Positions 56,554-64,000 of a stretch of 64,000 bases of DNA are shown here, one piece after another. Source of the stretch: Chrysomallon squamiferum (lineage: Eukaryota > Animalia > Mollusca); NCBI GenBank assembly GCA_012295275.1, contig CM022673.1, positions 21,204,001-21,268,000 of the forward strand, written 5' to 3'. Numbering within the stretch: the first letter of the stretch is position 1; each line of letters opens with the position of its first letter. Under the pieces are notes generated by a model. The model ran no database searches. It was not told where the DNA came from and was given only the letters and a program-made list of their open reading frames with translations. A program made the position numbers and the translations under genes.

Positions 56554-57054
56554 GTAATAGTAATAGTAATAGTAATAATAGTAATAATAATAATAATAAT
56601 GTACACCAGCAATGTTTTATTTCACTAGTAGCTTCTAAAATGATGACGCACATTTCAAGCTATTTGTGGGAGTATCTCTTGTGTATAAATTTAATTCTGA
56701 GTGTGTATATCTCAGTCTCACACACACAATTAACACATATTACCGTTTTTGAAAGACTGCAAAATTTTATTACCAACTGCTAGATTTTAATCTAGTGTGC
56801 ATCATTATGGTTTTAAAAGAACTAAAAACAAATGAATGACAACCAGTTAATGAATTTGTATGCAAATTTTATATATGATTTTTAATTTTAACTTCATATC
56901 AATATCATGATATCAAACTTAAGCCAAGACAGACTACAATTTTATTTTTTTTACAAAGTACCAGATTACCGTAACCATTTTTTGCTTAATTACTTTTTAA
57001 TTGTGACAGGTATTACAAACTGTTTAATACCTCATCCTTTGATTCTTCTGTCAT
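50142..57054 (-). CDS. CLP1: Polyribonucleotide 5'-hydroxyl kinase CLP1, about 429 aa
   Basis: Coding exons on the minus strand: 57021-57054 (donor uncertain), 56415-56494, 55733-55846, 55258-55383, 54680-54793, 54225-54252, 53803-53973, 52762-52851, 52201-52301, 51814-51952, 51238-51318, 50710-50809, 50142-50253. Motifs ELRFEVE, FTWHGC, Walker [69 protein letters not shown] and MDIQFMDIK* match metazoan CLP1. Confidence 0.97.
55384..55732 (-). other. U12-type (minor spliceosome) AT-AC intron in CLP1
   Basis: 5' site AGA|ATATCCTTT, branch site TTCTTGAC about 8 nt upstream of the TAC| acceptor. Removing it gives in-frame WHGCSIR|[12 protein letters not shown], collinear with human [19 protein letters not shown]. 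Confidence 0.92.
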
Positions 57055-57759
57055 ATTATCTTATAAACTGATTCAGTAGAACACCATCAACTACTGGGAG
57101 TTAAAGTAGCACTAATGTTTTAACACAAACCAATGCGTATTCCACGGTCCAAGAGCCATAACTCCAATAAATTATCTTTCTTTGATGTAAATAATGTGAT
57201 TGTATATACGTATGTCGTTGAAATATTCAAACGTACGTTTTTTTTGTGTTTTCATTTTTTTTTTTTTTTTTTTTTCTTGGAGGACTGTTTATCAATGCAC
57301 ATATTATTTTATGTTGTCTCTTTTATCGTTCAGAAGCATCTCTCTCTGACGCCCTGTTTTGAGAGCAGTCAGTACCGGTAACGCATCACCCAATCAGCTA
57401 CAATCCATTATAACATGTGTTATCTTATCAGTATTTGTGTATTGTTTTTAACATTTAAAAGAACATTTTATTCTCCGGTGAATAAAGTTATTTATTAATG
57501 ACAGCTCTTATCTGCATTTAGACTGTCATTAACGCATTGGCTGAAGTGTAAATCTACCAATACAGCATTTAAAACACTTTTATATTGTTATATTCATTCA
57601 TTAAGGAAAAAATAAACGAATTTGAGGAATTGTAGGTTAGGCACAATTTTCCTGAGGATTAAACGTCTTTGAACTCGGCAAAATGTTAAAAATGGCTATC
57701 CATTTATTAATATGCATTGAAACTAGATGACTTGTTTTGCTAACTGGCCGTCATAGCAA

Positions 57760-57884
57760 CAGCACGGTTTCGTCCAAATAGCCTTTCAATAAAATCTCAC
57801 AACGTCCACGAAGATTCGAGAAATAACGAGATCTAATATAGTGTGTATTTTTAGAAGTAACTTCTTGATTGTTTTAACAATTGT
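57760..57884 (+). other. Possible non-coding first exon of a divergently transcribed gene continuing beyond the window
   Basis: CpG-richer island with an X-box-like half site (tagcaac) ending in a GTAAGT donor at 57885. A long pyrimidine tract plus TAGCAG acceptor lies at 63950-63992, at the window edge. Confidence 0.4.
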
Positions 57885-58031
57885 GTAAGTATTTAGAAAG
57901 TCTTTTTGACTAACTAGGACATTTTATTATATACATTATATTCTGTATTAGTGAAAACAGTTTCTTTTAGTAGAAGTCAGCCTGTTTTTATAATGATTCT
58001 AAATCGTTTTATCTGTCGGTTACTGACTTAC

Positions 58032-58085
58032 CTTCAGAATGTCTTTCACTGCTGGGAATTTTACGATGTATCCAGGTTATAGTCC
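58032..58085 (-). other. Possible CLP1 5' UTR exon
   Basis: Perfect donor AAG|GTAAGT at 58032/58031, an adjacent ETS-like CCGGAA at about 58085, and a candidate acceptor tttaactcccAG giving an exon start at 57093, upstream of the ATG. Confidence 0.45.
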
Positions 58086-61000
58086 CGGAAATAGAAAATT
58101 AAATTTGAATGTAGTTAATTCATTTGGATTTATTGTTATTTTTAAAAAATACCACGGAATTTATATCATAACACACATTTCTACCATTTCGAAAGCTCTT
58201 TCTTGATTTACTGCTACAATATGAATATTATTATGAATACTAAAAATTGGCATAACGAGTTGAAGAGGCTTACCACTAAGTTGAGCTACAATATGCTTTA
58301 TAAAAAAGAATAAATATTCATATCGTATGATATCCGTATGCTGTTTTCGAATATTAACCATATAAAGAATTCTAATCCATTTAAAATTATTATATATTTT
58401 TAATATTGCAATTATTGTTTAGTGCATGATGACAATTGACATTAATGTATGAAAGTTGAAATATATTTTTATCTTATCATTTTTATATTAATAAGATGTT
58501 TTCTTTATATTTCATCAGAAATTAACCATAATCATCTTGAATTTCCTTGTTTCATTTTTCGCTAATTTTGGCCAAAGTGTATTTTTTGTTATTATTATTA
58601 TTATATATAATTTATTATTATTATTATTATTATTATTGGAATTACTTTTTTCTATCAAATTATTCATAAAATATAAAGAATTCTGTGACATATTAATAAT
58701 GGCAAATTGTGCTAGTAATATCAGGCCTCATGCTTTATTTTTTTATTATTTATATTTTTTTATTTTCTCTTGTTTAATCAGTCTCTGTATAGAATACATG
58801 CACACAATATTTTAATTATAGATTAAAATGTCAAAACTGCAGATTGTTGATACCTTAACTCTGTCACATAAAGGTATCAAATCAGTTGTAATATTTTACA
58901 GTATATAGATGTCTTATCCCTAAAATTGTAGTTACATTTACAAAAATTATTTAGAAAGTTTTTAAAATTAAAATAGTAAAAGACTGATAATTATAATTTG
59001 CCAAATATTTTCTGAAATATTTAATTTTACTTTGATATTTTGGTTTTAAAATTATGTCTTGCTTGTATTTTAATAAAATATCAAATTGTAGGATTTTGTG
59101 TACACTGTTATTTTATCTTTTGTAAAGAACTATTGGTCCACTTTTAAATAGTGTATTATTTTCAAAAATAGACATAAGTGATATGTATTGTATTTCAAAG
59201 ATTTAAACAAGCATTTAAACACATTTTAAAAAACTAAAACAGACATGGTTTTTTTTTTCAGTAAAAAGTAGGATAAAATCAAACTATGCCTTAAAAATTG
59301 TTGATATTTCAATGACTATGTTGTTCAATATTTAATATATATTTACTGTATTATGTATCAAAAAACAAGCAATTTAATAATTATGATAAATACAACTTAC
59401 AATATTTTCAATTTAAAAAAAATAAAACTAAATAAAAAAAAATAAAAAAAGAACAATTAGAAAAGGAAACAACAAATGTAAGTACAGTGTACAATTACAA
59501 GTGCTTAATATTTAAAATTCCTTTTCTGATACGATTAAATTGGTACTCCTTTTTCAGTTCTTTGTTTAAATTCATATTTTATTAGTTTACTCTTTATAAT
59601 TCTTACAAACCTTTTTATTTCTACATACTTTCTCTTTGGTTTAATGTTATTATTCAGTCATCTAACCATTTGAAACAGAAAGTGTGAGGTAATGGGATTA
59701 GTATTCTAAAGTACTGCAGTGTGTATTTGAATTATATAATGTAACTGTATTACATAATTCACCAAGAGCAGGTGGTGAATACATAACATGTACTAACAAT
59801 TTTACATTCATTATCAGATCTTCTTATGTGTTATACATGTAGAAAATAATACTGTCTTATGGTTTTAAACAAAATCTAGATCATTATTTTCTTTTTTTTT
59901 ACAACTGAAAAATAAACTTGCCTAAATTAATATGTAAAATGTTATTAGCCTTTTCTTTTTGTTTTTGCTGATAAAATAAAAATTACACTGTTTAAGAATT
60001 TCTTATTTCTCATAATTAATTTATTGCTATTAAATTATTTGAAAAAGTTTTGTTTAATGTGACATGATAGTATAAGTAAACCTTTAAAATTTTTTTTTTT
60101 AAATTCAACAACCTTAAAATAAACACCCTATTGTTATTTACTTGAAATGTTTAAGAACAGCACTTGCCATGTGATTAGAAATATGCCATAATAAATATTA
60201 TCTCAAATAAAAATTATCTTTGAGTCACCTACTTTGATTCAAGAGTGAAACATTTAATCTTTTATTGATTTAAATATTTATACAATGTAGACTCCCTATA
60301 GATCAACAAGTAAATTGACTCTTCTTTACTCAGTAAGAGCCATAATGTAAATAGTCTGCATGATCAGTTGGTCTTTTTCCAATTTCAGCATATGCCATAC
60401 AGTTTTTCAAAAGTGATGTTTTGATACTCCTTTACTGTAAATCAGTGAGAGAATATTCCACTGCATTCATGTTGTATTTATATAAATATATTTGTTACAT
60501 GATAACCATTTAATAACATTATAATGAGTTCAGCTTTTATTTTCCATGATTGTTTATAGTGTGTGTGTGTGTGTGTGTGTGTGTGGATTTATGTGGAGCT
60601 TTTGGTTAATAATTTTATTATGTTAAATGTTTTCACTGTTTTTATTGGTAAAGAGCATGTCAGAAAAACAGTGAATGAAAAAATGTCCTTGTATTATCAT
60701 TTGTGTTTGAATGTTTTTATTGGCTGTTAGCCAAAATATATTTTAAAAATAATTAGGTGGATTTTTTTTTTTTCTTTTCTCACATGTTTTTTAACATATA
60801 TTATATTTCCACTTTTTCACCATTGTAGAACAAAATATTATTGAAATGTTACCAGTTTGAAATGTATAATTATGAATGTTCATTTACATTCCATTTTTAT
60901 ATAAATTAATTCAAAACCAAATATTCATAGCACTGTTAACAAACATGGTAACTTTGGGGATAATGTATTTACAATTTACATATTATGTAAAAAAAATAGT

Positions 61001-61464
61001 TTTTAGAATTTATAGTGTATAACTAGTTTTTGAAATTTATATTATTGATGTGGAGCTCAGATAAACTAACACCTATTGTTTTTTTAATTACATGATCAGT
61101 ACTAGTTTATATTTGTTTATGGTCCTTTTTGATTATTAATCATTGTTTCAATCAATATTTTTAACCTTTTTTTTTCTTTTTAAATCTGTTTTTTAAAAGA
61201 TAAACTATTACTCAGTCTTTCATCTATAAAGTGATTCAGAATATCTGTCAGAACAAACATATTGAACTGAAAAATGAAATGTTTTGAACAAAATGAACTA
61301 AAATAGCTTTTTGTAGAATGTCCTACGGTCTAATTACCAATTACAATAAACAATGAATGTGATCTGCTCTTTTGAATGGAGCACAATACAGAATATTGTT
61401 AATATATCACAGTATCTTTCAATCAGTATGTATAATCCATTATAGCATATGTGTATGGAATATA

Positions 61465-62196
61465 CCGTATATACTTGTGTAATATTTTGGGGGTCGACTT
61501 ATACATAGGTAATGCTTTTGTAGCTGTTGCTGAAGAGTCGCCATTTTGACTATTTTTTGCTACAGGATGCATCTAAAATAATCGCGGTCTTTCAGCTTTT
61601 CAAAAATATAATTTTATCGTATAAAATTTTTTGAAAAATTAAATAACAAAACCAAATATGAATGTAAAACATGATATTCTTCCTTTTAATGACATAAAAA
61701 TACATTTTAAAGTGAGAAAACCGTCAGTACAGCGTTATGCCTTACGGCATCTTGCAATGATCTAGGAATGCAGACTTCTCTGCCAAATTGCACTAAATAT
61801 CGGTCCTAATTTCATAAACAAAACTCACTTGTATAATTGTAAAGAATTTGGTGAAATAATATTGCAATCGTGAAATCATAGAACGGCTAAATATAATGGT
61901 AAGTTAGGTCTCCATGTTAGACCTATTACATTAAAGAGATACTATTTATGATACATTTAGGCTATAGCTCATGTAATACATGCATTTATGTTATTATGGT
62001 GTGTTCGTGCAAGTTATGTTACAGTAGGCATACAATGTAGGCCTTCATGGCACTGTCACACTGGTCTAAAAATAGTGATGGTGCCTGGAATCTACAGTCG
62101 ACTTATACACAAGTAATACCTAAAATGACGCAATGTTTGGTCTTAAAATACACATCGACTTATACATACGGTCGCCTTGTACACAAATATATACGG
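61465..62196. mobile_element. Tc2/pogo-like MITE
   Basis: TA|CCGTATATACTTGTGTA ... TACACAAATATATACGG|TA inverted termini with a TA TSD. The sub-terminal motif TCGACTTATAC is repeated at about 61495, 62098 and 62155. No ORF. Confidence 0.8.
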
Positions 62197-62880
62197 TAAC
62201 AGTTCAAGTATGCTTAACATAGGTATAACATCAGATATTTTCTAGTTGGGCAACCATTTGTGTCCACATTTTGCTTATGCCTGGGTCTCTCCAACGACAA
62301 ACAGGATTTTATGTATTATTAAACTCTTAGTATTAAAAACTTAGTCTGTCATTATCACAGTATACTATTGTTTATCTTCAGTCATTGGCAGTACTTGGTT
62401 ATAATATACTTATGTCCCACAGTGAACCTGATATAGTTTGATAGTCCTGAATTTGGGAATAGTATTTGTTAGCTTCCAGCTAGTGAAAAACCATATTATA
62501 CATTATATATGTGAGAAGGTACATATAATACAAGAATCCCTGACTGCTGATTAGTAAGACCAAACCACAAAATGATAAAACTACCAGTGATGGCAATGAT
62601 AATACAAGAAATTCATTCATTACAATGCTATTACTGTTGTTGTTGTTGCTGCTGCTGCTGCTGTTGTTGTTACAGGTGACAGTGTAAAACAAACACTGTA
62701 TAGATAGAGAGTGAGTGAGTGTTAATCCAAGTAAAATTACGTGTCCTTTGCAGTAATGAAGTCATATTTTCAGTTATTTTAAGGTCTGTTATTTATTCAG
62801 AATCATTAAAAGTTTATTTTTTAAACATTTTTATAACAACAGATGTATGATAAACTATTCTAATTTACATTCAGATAACT

Positions 62881-62914
<34 letters not shown>

Positions 62915-63623
62915 GCATTTCACAAATATTCCACACACTCAGTATTTCACTAATATTAGACCTAGACCTAGAGCTATTAAAATCAAATTGATTGCCATGG
63001 TAACAATATCCTCAATTTTCCTACAAAGATAAAATCATGGCTTGTTGAAGATGGAATGCACTCCCACACTGAAGAAGGTCTATTTATAAACCTCTTCTGA
63101 AGTGTGTAAAGCCTGATGGTGACTCAGTTTTTCTATTTCTGTTTAGCTTATTCCTCCAGGGATGCTGGATGAAATACTCTTCATTTAACACCTCATTTGC
63201 AAATTACATATATGTGAAAATTTGAATACTAATCTACTGATGGGTTTTGTTTTATTGATTTTACGTTTGACATGCAAGCTGCATGGATAACTGCAGGTTG
63301 ATGTATAGTTCATGTGGCTGGCACTGTTGATAATATACATCAGTTGACAGAATAACTAAGTACAAGTGTTACCTGCAGTTACAAGGTATTGGTTAGTATG
63401 CTTATTTTATGCTGTAGTTATACTCTATTTAATTAGGATAAGATTGTAAACTGAACATAAATATTGAACATAAATATTAATTGAACCAGTCAGATAATTT
63501 TTGGCATTATAGTGGAACTGCTTTGTGTGTGTGTGTGTGTGTGTGAAATGGTTAAATGTATGTGTGCATGAGTGTGTGAAATGGTTGAATGTATGTGTGT
63601 GCATGAGTGTGTATGTGAGAGAG

Positions 63624-63673
<50 letters not shown>

Positions 63674-64000
63674 TTATTGTAATAATATTAAGGATTATTT
63701 GGACTTTATTTTGGATGTGTATAGAAAGAAATTTTTGTAACATTTACCCTGTTTACATAAGTATAAGTGCTGTACTTGTACACCAACTTGGGTAAACATT
63801 TGTTAATAATTTATTGGTAGTTGACCTCACTGTTTTGAACATTAGCTTTCTTATCACTTGCATAAGCACAAGTAAAATATCCTAAAGATCCAGTCATAAG
63901 TGTTTGTAATGTAAGAGAACTTTAAAATTAACTGCTAATATTATTTCTAATCTTTTTTCTTCTTCTTCTTCTTTATTTCTTCATTGTAGCAGTTTTTGTT

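Noticed and set aside
63065-63106. cacactgaagaaggt...acctcttctgaagtgtg hairpin
   Set aside because: At about 42 nt with bulges, it is too short for a pre-miRNA and has no other support.

Overview
AT-rich, microsatellite-dense animal genomic DNA. It is probably molluscan or gastropod, inferred only from recalled repeat families. I reconstructed four spliced protein-coding genes by hand. (1) A minus-strand secreted 78-aa precursor with 8 Cys (10982-11218), whose Cys spacing and hydrophobic pattern resemble the CHH/ITP neuropeptide fold, with a probable non-coding first exon about 13 kb upstream. (2, 3) Two tandem 7-exon paralogues encoding single-MRH-domain, cation-dependent mannose-6-phosphate-receptor-like type I membrane proteins (37510-41458 and 44373-48773). 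They share identical intron phases but have different cytosolic tails. (4) CLP1 on the minus strand (13 coding exons, 50142-57054), which contains an AT-AC U12-type intron. That intron carries an 80-nt hairpin element that also occurs inside a transposon 40 kb away. Mobile DNA includes a decayed hAT (ZMYM1-like) element, a Sola2-like element with about 610-bp TIRs, a Tigger deletion derivative, a Tc2/pogo-like MITE, and SINE and LINE relics. Most ORFs in the supplied track are microsatellite artefacts.
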